Shown here piece by piece: positions 37,848 to 49,800 of a DNA stretch of 64,000 nt (the stretch's first letter is position 1; every line of letters begins with the position of its first letter). Made by a program: the position numbers and the translations under genes. The notes beneath the pieces were generated by a model. That model searched no databases and was not told the origin of the DNA. It saw nothing but the letters and a program-made list of their open reading frames with translations. Origin of the DNA: Bilabrum cf. latius (taxonomy: Eukaryota); contig OZ237758.1 in assembly GCA_965178125.1 (NCBI GenBank), positions 496,001-560,000 on the forward strand. Direction: 5' to 3'.

Positions 37848-40682
37848 ATGAAATCGCTTGCTTTGATCATTGCAACTGCTTCATTGCATGTGTAGCCTGG
37901 TCATGGGGCAGGAAGTGCCGGTCTTGGCAACTGCGACAGCCCCTTCGCGACGTTCTACTTTGACGGATCTGACGAGACGTACTCGACGATTTCCCCCCTT
38001 TCGGATCAATCGGTGTGTTTGGATGCGTCTAGTTAGAACTCGGATCACGCTATGTTGTTTGAAACCTGCGACAAGTCGAACATGCAGATGTACAAGATGT
38101 CAGCTCCTCCGAGCCACGGCTCGTCATCTGGAACACTGCTCTCCTCAGCCGGCGAGTAGTCATGCAAAAAGCCGAGTAGAAGCGGAAACTGTTATATGTG
38201 CCTGGATGTGTACGCCGGGAAAGGGCCAATTGATCCGTTTGACTGCAAGGAATCCGGCGATGGCGAGCTAGAGAATCAGGTGTGGATCGTGGACGCCAGC
38301 CAAACCGCCTCTGGCTAGGTTCAATTTTAGTGGGCTCAAGATCGCACAAAATGCTTGGTGCTCGTAAAAGGCCCCCCAACGCCGCCTCCGCGCGGCGTGC
38401 CGCTTCCGTTTTCGCCTGTGGGACACCTCGGGCGGGTGTACGACGGCATCGGCGGGCTGTCCAACAGCGACGCGATGATGCTGCGAGACTACCCCGAGCC
38501 GCAGCGCTCCGACATCCTTGATCTCTTGTTCAAGCCGGGCTCTCTGGCCCAGATGAGCTTTCTCAAGATCGAGATCGGCGGTGATGGCTCGTCCACGGTG
38601 AGCACCGAATCGTCGTGGCAGCACCACGAGAATGACACCGCATTCAACCCGGAGCGGGGCTGGGAAAACTGGCTGATCCAAGAAGCCAAGGCCCGCAACC
38701 CCGACATCAAGCTGTACGGGCTCGCGTGGGCCGCCCCGGGCCATCTCGCCAACCAGTCGATCCCTGAGGTGGACGAGGACGAGCCCGAGACGGACGACGG
38801 GACTCCCTCCGGGAACAACAAGGTGTACTACTCATTCGCCACGGCCGACTACCTGGTTGGCTGGGTCAAGGGAGTCAAGGCCACCCTGGGGTATCTAGTG
38901 GAACACCTGGGCATCCGCAACGAATCCGGCAACCCACCAAACTGGTTCATCAAGCTGCTGAGGAACAAGATGGACGAGGCGGGCCTGCAGGACGTGGGGA
39001 TCGTCGTGGCAGACCAGCACGACTTCACCATCGTGGACCAGCTTCTTCAGGACCAGGAAGCTATGGATGCTGTGGAGGTGCTCGGGGTGCACGAGCCGCT
39101 ACGCACGACCGAATCCGTGCCCGCCAACGCGATCGCCACGGGGAAGAAGATGTGGGGCAGCGAGTCGTACACCACGTACAGCGACAACAACGGGGGCGGC
39201 TGCTGGGCCAGAGAGAACTCCTGGTGCTATGTCTACGGCCAGGTCACCGCGAACCTCGCCTGGAACTTGAGTGAGAAATAGGCTACTGCCATGAGCCGTG
39301 CTACTGCATGTATGTTTCGATTGAGCGTGCTGCCACGGATCATCAAGTGTCCTGGTCGGCTCCTATCTGCTGCATGTATGTATTGGCACGTATTTGTTCC
39401 CATGTTTTTGGGCGTCACCCCACTGATTTTTGTTTCTGCCGCAGTCCAGACGTACCCGTGGGGCCTGGCCTACGACGGACACGGCCTCATGTGGGCGGTG
39501 GAGCCGTGGTCGGGACACTACGTGATTAACCCACCGATCTATGCCACCGCGCACTACTCGCAGTTCACTTGGCCCTGCTGGCGATACCTCGACAACGGGT
39601 TCGGTTCTGGCTTGCTCCCGGGCGGCGGATCCTACGTGGGCTACGTGCCCGGCAGCGAGTGCGCGATGGCTGGTTCTGGGGATGAGGGATCGGCCATGCG
39701 ACCCAGGCCCTGGGACTTCACGATCGTGGCGCAGACCATGGAGCACAACAACAGCGCATGCTACAAAGACAGCCACCCTGCGTACAGCGTGGATCCGCTG
39801 CAGCGAGTCGCTTTTGAGCTCTCCGAGGACGTTGTGAAGGCCCTGCCAGCAGGCACCAAGCTGCACCTGTGGCGGTCTTACTTTGCCCCAGGAGATGACG
39901 TGTACCACCCAACCGAGTCTACTTTCTTTGAGTACGCTGGCACAGTCGACTACGAGCCCAAGGCCGGTGGCGGCGCGATCGTGAACGTCACGATGCGTTC
40001 TAACGGCATGTACACGCTGTCGACTCTGGCGGGCGGCAAATCCATCCCCTCGATCCCCTCGAACGGCCCCTTCCCCACCAAGTACACGAGCGATATGTCC
40101 GTTGAGAAGGACGGGCAGCGCACGCCCTTCACTCTGGACGTCACGGGCGTGTTCGAGGGCTACACAGTGGAGGGTGATGACGCGCCAAGGATCACGCAGG
40201 TGGTGCCTAGGCCGCCCATCCTGTGGCACGGGGACGCACGGCCGCACCCTGTGACCCTGATCGGGGGCGTTAACCGCACGTCCGTGACCGTGCAGGTATC
40301 GGTCCGCCCGGCAGAAGAGAGCAGGGGATATCCGGACCGTGGATTCGCCGGGGTGCAGGTGCTCAGCAAGCTCTCCTGGCCGCCTGTTGATGGCCTGGCG
40401 CCGCGCAGCTTCATCGTGTTCAAGAACGGAACCTGGCTGTACACTCCCACGACTGGGGAGAGGGTGAAGGGCACCGTGAGCGTGCCCTCGTCGGGCTGGT
40501 ATGACCTGGAGGTGCAGCAGGACGAGAGCGGCAGCGTGCTCGGTTCCATCAACGGGAAGCAGGTGCTCAAGAGCTCCGTCGGCGACCGCTCACCGACTGA
40601 TGGTTGGGCTGCGCTGGTTTCTTCCTTCGGGTACAGCCAGTTCAAGCAACTGACAGTGGCCGGCCCTACTTCTTCGGATTGA
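37848..40682 (+). CDS. Secreted ricin-B lectin plus GH59 galactosylceramidase-like hydrolase; exons 37848-39270 and 39445-40682; 5 in-frame TAG in the N-terminal part
   Basis: Signal peptide MKSLALIIATASLHV; ricin-type CLDA..TC and CLDV..DC..NQVW..GxV..CL; GH59 motifs YDGIGGLS, LRDYPEPQRSDILDLLFKP, LKIEIGGD, EAKARNPDIKLYGLAW, GIRNE, WGSE, AWNL|I..GLMWAVEPWSGHY..AHYSQF. Ends TGA. Confidence 0.9.
39271..39444 (+). other. Spliceosomal intron (174 nt, a multiple of 3)
   Basis: GTGAGA...CACTGAT...TTTCTGCCGCAG; removal gives AWNL-I-QTYPW, matching GH59 motif spacing. Confidence 0.85.
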
Positions 40683-41080
40683 CTTGATCTTGCTGCGCGT
40701 CTTGCACGGTAGCCTTCTTGCGATCGTGTGCTACCCTGATTTGGAGGCTGCGATGCGAGACACGATGAGTCTCTGTTTTCTTGCATTTTCATTCATTGGA
40801 TTGCTAAATAGTCAAAGAACTCGCTGTGATCATCGATGCGTTGAAAGAGAGTCCAACGCAAAAATTTCAGTTGCAGTTGCCGTTCTCAAAGGTAGACGCG
40901 CGGGGGAAGGAGTTTTGCCGAACCAAGGCACCAACTGTCGAAATAATATTAAGTAAAACAAAAGCAGCGTCTTCGATCCGTACTGCCTAGTCTAGCCAAT
41001 TCTGCATGCGGGTATGCTTGCGATAATCTATTCCGGACCTGAGCACAATTCTTCGAGGAAAAGTGCTCAGTATCCCCAGC

Positions 41081-44000
41081 ATGGGAGCGAGTCAATCCGC
41101 TACACCGTCGCGCAGGCCTATTCATAACGCTGTAGTTGGCTGTCATGTAGTGGAGGCCCTCGTTGATGGAAAATTTGCGACATACAAGCTTGTGCTGTCT
41201 CACCGCCAGACACATTGGATCGTACTGAGGCGATTCAGCGAGATATACGAACTACTGGGCTATATTCCACCAAGTGTATTGTCTTTGCTCGGTGTTGAGA
41301 TGCCAGCGAAAACAGTCTTTCGGACCACTGAAGATGCTTTTCTGCAACAGCGAGGAGACGAAATCGAGGCCACACTCCAGGTCGTTCTGGCCTCGCAAGC
41401 AGCTTGGCGATGCAATTTTGCGAGAATGTGCAGCTTTTGCAGCGTCTCACTTTTCAGTTTCTGTCCCGCGCTGGGCAGAAAGGGTCATGAGGGCTTCCTT
41501 CGCAAGCAGGATGGCGGTCGACTTCTTGGGTCCAACCTTTTTTCCGCGGAATCATTGCCAATCGCTCGACATTTCATGTGGAAGACGCAATGGGTTGCTT
41601 TGAAGGACTGTGCTATCGTGTGCTCGGATTCTCCCCAAGGGGCAGCTCGCAGCGTGATGCCAGTTGACCACACGCTGCTCATTTCAGCGGACCGTAAGCG
41701 CAATATTCTCGTGAGCAGCAGCGACAGGCAGATGAGACTGGCCGCTGAGAACGAAGACGAGCTGTTCAGATGGATCCGAGGGTTCGCTACCATGTACCCA
41801 GGACGTGTCGGGCTGGACCAGGGCTTGCTACGCCATAGCACCAAGCTCTTTGCCCGCACCGGCTGCGACGTCCGTCCAGATTCGTTAATGGGATCTCGGG
41901 GCGCCATGGGCTCTATCAGCGGAATGAATTTGGGTGTTAGAAGGGTCCCCATGCCACGAAATCGCCAGCTTCTCTCTCGCCTGCCGATTGACGAGAGTAG
42001 CTACGCGTGCTCACGGCTGTGGCTGCCCAAGCAAGTGCCCGCGCACAGCTCTAGTAGCGACAGGTATCCCCTCAAGGTGCTTGAACGCACCTGTAATGAC
42101 CCACATAGGGACGGGTAGGCAGTGACCCTGCCGATTTCCGCTCTCGAATCACGAATTGCCAGCGGTCCCACGCGATCGTCCTGTCCCTGTGTCCCGCTGC
42201 TCTGCGGGAAGGACTTCTTCGCGTGCGCCGCGAGGGCCATACTCGACGCTAGGCAACAGATCCTCGTCACTGGCTGGTGGATGGACGTGGACATTCCGCT
42301 GGTTCGGACGTGCGATGGCCAGACGACGCGAGAGATGCATGCGCGACACGCGGCTCTAGGCATCAACTCGGGTTCGACGGCGGAAGCGTACCCATCAGCC
42401 GCTGCCATCGAGGCTAGCCGCCGGCATGGAACGAACCCAGGGGGAGGAAAGGGCGCTACTGGCAATGCTGGTGATGTTGCAGCTTCGAGCGAATCTCTTG
42501 AGAATCGTGGACCAAGCTAGGCCGGTGCGAGCAGCGCCAGCTTTGGGAACGATGCGACCACTCCACCGGACTCCGCCTTCACCCTTCGATCGCTGCTGCG
42601 GCTCAAGGCTGAGCAAGGGGTCCAAGTGTTCGTGCTGCTATACAAAGAGATGTCACACGTCGGGATGGACAACAACTCGGCGGCAGCCAAGGATGCACTG
42701 ACAGCCGAGCATCCCAACATACACGTGATGAGACATCCCAACCAGATCATCGGCGCGATCGGGGGAACTGGTCACGCAGTGGCGCAGTCACACCACGAGA
42801 AACTGCTCATCGTAGACAGCGCGGTCGGCTTCGTTGGCGGGATTGACTTTGCCCCAGGCAGGTTCTGCGATCCGCGGCGTATCATGGGAGACCCCCACGG
42901 CCGCACGTGGCGCGGGCACGACTACCACAGCCCGCAAGGCATCCCCGGACTGGAGCGCTGGAAGCATCTGAGAGCTGCATCGGTCGCAGCGATTCGCCGG
43001 AGAGAAGCGAGGCTAAGGGCACGGGCAGCTGCTTCTGCCAGCCCTGGGGCAGCCTCTCCGGGCGAGGCATTTCAGGCATTCTTTCAGCAGCTGCCGTCGT
43101 TCTTTCAGGTCCCAGCAGCCCAAGAACCAGCATTGACTGGAGATGGACGATTGCCCGCTGTGGGCCAGGCCCCGGGCACCCCAAGTGAGATGACAAGTGA
43201 CCTGCAGCGCCAGTCGGGCCTTGTGTCCCACTCGGCGTCTCGGCCTCTTGGGGGGGGTGTTGTTCGAAGCAGAGGTGCTGCAGCAGCAAACTCTCTCGTT
43301 GGAGACTCTACCGCATCGATGCCATCGGCAGCAGAGCAGCACTCACGACCCAGCGGGCGTCAGCCCGTGGATGTCGGCCATCCTCGTGCCTCGGTATTTG
43401 GGGCCCGGGCAGCCACGCCAACGGCGTCCACTGCCGAGCACTCGGAGCCTGGAGTAGTCGCATCTGCAGGCGTAGAGATCGAGGATTATTTGATTGCTAG
43501 TCTACCTAGCGTTCCACGCGAGGCAGACGCACCCCCAGCGAGGGCCGCAATGCGGGAAGTTGTAGCTCAGAGGCCTCGGTCTCCGCGATCGAACAAGCAA
43601 GATGACGATCAATCCGGTGGACAGGGCTCTGCGATCATTCACGACGGAACGCCTCGCTTGTCAGGCAGTCTCGGGTCTTTCAGTCTGCCACCCACTCCAC
43701 CAAGTGGCCCTGTTTGCCTCGAGCAAATGGACGCCAGAGAGTGGGAGTATGCCACCGGTGCGACCACCTCCGAGATGCTGCGGCGCGGGGGGCCTCTCAG
43801 CGGGAAGATGCCGGTGCACGTCGACCCGACCAATCCCAGTGTTCTGGATGCTACCGCGCCGGAACGGTTTATTTCCCGTGAATTGCTGCATCAGACCGGC
43901 AGCGGTGCACAGGGCGATGCAAGTGGTGGCGCAGGGAGCGGGGGTCCCGCCCCTTCTGGTAGCCCAGCTACCGGCTCCATGGCCATGGAACCTCATCCAA

Positions 44001-46696
44001 GCTCCGGTGCCGGTACCGATGCCGGTGCCGGTACAGATACTGCGGAACAGGTCGGCTCAGGTGGACAGAATTCACAATCTCAGCCCTCTTCCGCTGGTTC
44101 CGCAAAGCTCGGGAAAGGACGGGCCATGCCGCGCACAGAGGCACTGCGGACTGTTGTTCCCCGCATGCCCTGGCACGATGTGCAGCTAGCTGTTGGCCCA
44201 GAAGCAGCCATTGATCTTGCCTTCCACTTCGCTTAGAGATGGGACCATCACAAGGCCTCGAAGAACGAGCAGCATCAGCCCGTTGTGGTTCCTGCATCCG
44301 ACAGCAGCCAGTGGATGCATCGTGCGCAAGACGAGTTTGGTCCCATGCCGCACGCATTCATGGCTGGCTCGGCCAAGGCCCACCAGGGCCGATGCGATGC
44401 AGCTGGTGCCGCAGGGTTCCCGCTATCAACATCTTCTAGAGGGACTATGGAAGCAGAGATCAAGAACGCCAGCAGCATGGGCAATGCGGACTCTGCGTCG
44501 GAAAGCCGCCCCCGGTCTAGCACTCGAGAGGAGGAGCACCGTTTGAGGCAGGTTGCCAACTTGCACTGCCCCGGTGAGTTCCTTGACACTCTCGCGCGTC
44601 ATGCCCCTCCCGATTGGTGGTGGGACGATGAAGGCGCTTCCAGCGGTGCGGCCGGCCAAGCTGCTCAACCGGATACGGGTGGGTCATGCCCCAAGAGCAC
44701 TGGTGCGGGAGGATCAACACCTGCAAAGGAGAGTTCAGCTGCACTTGGCCAGGCGGAAGAACCCGTTGAACCGCGTCCGTTGGTCGGCCCATCCTTACAG
44801 AGGTCAGTTGCTGTGGGCAAGTATTCGTGCAGCGTTCAGGTGCTCAGGTAGGCGGGCGGGTGGAGCCTGGGTGTGCCCGGGCCGAACGAAAGGGGGATAT
44901 CGAACGCGTATTGCCAGCTGATCTCAATGGCCCGCTCATTCATCTACATTGAGAACCAGTTTTTTATCAGCAGCTGCGGCGGCGACGGGGCACTGAATCG
45001 CGTGGGTCAATGCCTGATCGATCGGGTGTCGAAGGCCATCAGGGACGGCAAGCCGTTCAAGGCACTCGTCATCGTACCAGCGTACCCGGAAGGAGATATC
45101 AGCAACAACAGCGCGATGCGATGCGTGGCTCACTACCAGCTGCAGACCATCAGCCGCAGCACCACCTCTGTCCTCGCCGCGCTGGCCAAGCGGCACCCTG
45201 GCGTCCGCCTCGCTGACTACATCGTGTTTCTGTCCCTTCGAGTGGCAGGCAACCTGCCCGCTGGGCTGGTCACTGAGCAGTTGTACGTTCACAGCAAGGT
45301 GCTGATTGTCGACGACACGTATGCGGTGATTGGTTCCGCCAACATGAACGATAGGAGCCTCGTAGACGAGAAAGATACGGAGGTAGCGTGCATGATCGGA
45401 CCGCCGATCCGCCCCCGAAACCCCCAGGACGGTGTGGTGCGGTCGAGGCTCGCAGGGCAGGACGTGCACGTGACGTCTGTCGTGCATTCGATGAGGAAGA
45501 GGCTGTGGAGGTCTCACCTTGGACTGAAGGTGCAAGCCGGACCGGAAGTCTGGTCTCGATTCGTGTCCAGCAGCACCACGGCTACTAGTGGCACCGCAGG
45601 GTCATCAGAGCTGCCACCTTCTCCTGCCGACACCGATTTTTCGCTTGCGGGCTGGTGCAAAGATCCGAGCGACCCCATCGATCTCATGGACCCTTGCAGC
45701 GACTCTGTCTACAAGGACCTTGTGCTCGCATCAGCGAGACACAACACCCTCTGGTACGAGAAGACCTTCCCGGGAGCAAGGCAGTTCACAGACCCGGCGT
45801 ACTGGGGTGCCCTGGATCCAGCTCGCGCGGCCCAGCAGCCCGAGCTTGCAAAACGCGAGGTACTTCCTGGTCCTCACCTGTGCGCACTCGTGGAACCGCT
45901 CCGGCCTGTGAGGCTGCTAGAGCAGAAGCTGCGCGACTCGGGGTGGGATCGAGGTATCAGGGGCGGCGAGGGCGCTCGTAGGCAGGGTGCGTCCATGGGC
46001 AGCAGCGGCAGGGCTGCTGATAGTGCGATAGGATCACAAGAGGCTCGTGGTGGCGGAGATGCTGCCTGTGATACCCCCTCAAGCGCACAGGGAGATGTGA
46101 GTTCGCCTTTGCCTGCCGCCCGTGCTGCAGGCGGTGAATGCCATGCTGATGGTGGGGCTGCAGCGGCAAGCACTGCAACAAGTTCTGGGCCTTTACCAAC
46201 GACGAATTAGAGCGCCTTCCGGGGTATCCCACGGGCGGGGCTGTTCCACTCCCCCTTGGATCCACCGCTGGATTAGGAACTGCTGTCTCGACTGGTCGCA
46301 GCAGACAGCGAGGGGGTCCGGCGGGAACAAGACGCGTGCGCTGCTGAGCTGCGTCGGATGGTATCTACCACAGGTGTATCGCACAGTAGTAGTAGCGCTG
46401 GTGCCGAATCCCCGATCAAGGTGCCTGCGGGCATGACCCTGGACGGGCTGGTGAGAGAGCACCCGATCGCGTGGGCGAGCATGCTGAGGGAGGATGTGAT
46501 GAGTGCGGCGCCGAGCAAGTGCTCCGAGGCACACGTACTCGGCACCACGCGTGATGGGCCGGCGCAAGAGCCGATGGGCAGGCCTGTCGGGTGTCTGGTT
46601 CTGTGGTCCTGCGGGCTGGCGCTGGAGAGGCCGCTGGAGGCGCAGGTCATCAAGTGGCTGCCGTCTGGAATTTCGCCCAAGGCAATGCTTCTGTGA
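41081..46696 (+). CDS. PX-PH type phospholipase D (PLD1/2, Spo14, PLD-zeta class), about 1,871 aa with long low-complexity insertions; 6 in-frame TAG
   Basis: PX (WIVLRRFSEIYEL), PH-like region, ILVTGWW, LLRLKAEQGVQVFVLLYKE, HKD1 SHHEKLLIVD..FVGGID, PRMPWHDV, FIYIENQFFIS, HKD2 YVHSKVLIVDD..IGSANMNDRSL. Six same-frame ORFs are joined across TAG only; ends TGA. Confidence 0.92.
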
Positions 46697-46851
46697 TGGG
46701 CAGCCGTACGATTTTCATTGTGGTCTATTGCACCGAGCAAAACGCTGCATTCTACCACACAACATACAACACAATTTGATTTTCAGCGACAGTGGATTCG
46801 GAGCAATATGAGGACGTCGCCAAGAAGATTCTGCGCACACAATTGAAACAA

Positions 46852-49800
46852 ATGCAAGACCAGAATGGCAGTTCAAGACAAAGGAAGCAAAAACATACAC
46901 AGGAACCACCGGCTGCGGCGGGTTCCACGATGATGTTCGCATTTTGCTGCGCAGGTCTCGTGGTTGTTCTGATTGGCTCGAGCATGATTGCAAGCCTTTC
47001 CACAGCTTCAGCCGCCAGCGACGATATTGCACCGGCTGGAAGTGTAACTTACTGCAATGAAGGATCGATTTTATTGGCAGAATGCTCGCTGGTCCCAATA
47101 TCGATTGACCCGGACCACGCGAAAAGCCATGACGTGCCTTGGTTTAATTGGTGGTGGCAGGGTCCGAGTCGAGCGTCACAAGCGTACATTGCCGAAACTC
47201 AAACGCTTGAAAAGGGGCAGCAGGCCCCATGGTCGCTCTGGCCAATGCCAAGATGGAGCGCAGTTGGGCCTACGTTGCATCGCAACGGGACTGCTGTACA
47301 GAATGCAAGATAGCTAACAGATAGAGTCAGGATATGTGCCAACATCAACGACGTACACGGTAGAACCGCAGCAAGCATTGTCCGGCTGTCTGCGTTTGCC
47401 GGTCCCCAGAAAGCCGTTTCAACGAAGCAGCAGCGCATCATCGCCGATGCGGAGATCCTTCGACGAGCGGCCGTGCGAACATGCGCGGCGCTGCGAGCCA
47501 AGGCCGCTGCGTCTCCGCTGGAAACAGTCGCTGCTGGTATTTCGGTCGAGGAAGCAACGGGCATGCAGACGGACGACGAGCAGCACCATGAGAGCGAGCG
47601 CAGGACCGCCCGTCAGCTGCTGGATAGAGGGGTGCACCGCACTGCAGCACGAGGAGGGCGGGGCCGGTACCTATCACGGGATGAACTTGAAACGGGGCAT
47701 AGCAGCGTTGCAGTCTCACTGCAGCGCCGGGCGGGCGTGACTGGCAGCGATGCGGCTTCAACAAAGAGAGGAGGAGGAGGAGGCGCTGGCGCTGGAGTGC
47801 AGGCAGGTCACGGTGTGCTCTCCCCTGGAGGCCCAATCATCTACCTGGCCCTGCGGCGGGAGCAAGAGGATGCAACTGGCAGCCCTGCCGGGAAAAAGCC
47901 CTTGGGTCAATCCAAGCCACCCACGCACTTCTGTCCTCACCGCCAGATCAGCAGGATCAAGCAGTCTGGCGTGCTGGCCTCCACCCGTGCACAACCAGCG
48001 GCAGCCCAACGAGACCAAGACGTCGCCACCGCGCAACGCAGCGAAGAGCGCCTGGAGCAGACGGCGGAACGGCTCGGCCTGCCCAGCCTGCGCGTCCTCT
48101 CCGATCCGCATGCGTGGGTACCTCCACTGCCCGGCGACTTTGCCGCCGCCGCACCACCGCTGAGTGCCTGCGTCCCTCTGCCGCTGCCTAGCACCAACGA
48201 CAGCTACCAGATCCTCTCGCCCGAGCCGCCTCAGAGGCCGATGCCTTATACGTTGGAACCTTTGATCACCATCGAGTCTACCACCGTGTTCGGATTGATG
48301 CGTGGGCTGGAAACGGCGATCCAGATGACAGCTGCGGATCGAAACGCAGTGTGGGTGCGCCGTCCTTCATCCAATGAAACTGACATCTACAGGGGCTGGC
48401 ACAGGGCGAGTCTGTCAGGTCAGCAGGTGAATGCGTGGATCCGATCCACGGGGGATCAGTTCCCCCTGGTGTCACCGCTGATGCTGCCATCGGGCCCGAT
48501 CGAGGTACGCGATAGCCCCTTCCTCTCCTGGCGCGGGATGCTCCTTGATACTGCGAGGCATTTCTCCCCCACAGAGGCAGTAGCGCGGGCCATCCAAGGA
48601 CTCGCGTGGACAAAGGCAAACGTGCTCCACTGGCACCCCGTCGATGCGCAGGCATTTGCCATGGAGCTGCCCGGCGCCGTGTCGCTTGCTGGGGACGGCT
48701 CATCCTAGCCGCGACTGCTGTCCGAGCTTTCTGGCAAGGGAGCCTGGTCTGGCAGACAGGTGCACTCAGTGGGCGAGATAACAGCGCTCGTGCTCTGGGC
48801 GGCCGAGCACGGCGTACGGATCGTCCCAGAGGTGGACGTCCCGGGGCACACTGCGTCCTGGTCGCTGTCCTTTGAGGGCTCCGTGGCCAGGTGTCCCAGT
48901 CTGCTGGAAGGTTACGTGCAGCGGGAGAGGTCTCCCCTCAAAGCGCTGGATGTGCCCGGGCTGAGGTATTCAGAGGAGTCCACGCTTGTGCTTGCTGCCG
49001 GCGTGATGCGGGCCACCGGTCTGCTGTTCCCTGACGAGTGGATGCACTGGGGCGGGGACGAGGTGGACAGCAAGTGCTTCGATGAGGACGAGAGCATGCG
49101 CAAGATGAAAGCCGACCAGGGCAAGACGTGGCACGACCTGAACACACAGTTCTACCACAATCTCGTGTCCACGATCCAGCAGATGCACGTGGCACTCCCG
49201 CAGCCGCTTGACGCTCCCAGTGAGACCAACGGGTACGCAGTGGAAGACGCGCCGCTTCCGGTCTAGCTGCGACGCATCATGCTCTGGCAGGATTCCTTCG
49301 ATCCAACCCCCGAGGCACAGTCGGGAAGCAAGGCGGATCCCGGTCGCAACCTGCCGTCCCGATTCGGGGTGCAGCCGTGGATGTGCTGGGGCGGGCTCGA
49401 CACGAGGGCCACAATCTCCGCGCTGCGGGCCGGGCGGACGACCGTACAGAGCGCCTGCCTGTACCTCGACTGGGGCTGGACGTGGGACGAGTTCATGAAG
49501 CAGGACGTCACGAAAGGCATGACGGATCGGAGGCTGGGCAGAGCACCGTCAGTGGCACGATCGCTGCTCAGCTGGGGCTCTGGTGCCGGCGATTCCCGTG
49601 CGCGATCGCTGCAAGGCGCTCCATCGGGCCTCGCAGGAGGGGAAGGAGCGGCGTGGGCCGAGCAGATGGATGCCAGCAACATCGACTGCAAGCTGTGGCC
49701 GCGGATGGGAAGCATCCAGGAGAAGCTGTGGTCAGGCCCGGGCGCCAGGTCAGCGGTTGACGTGCCGATCGACCCAACCAAGACCGATAAGGCAGTGCCT

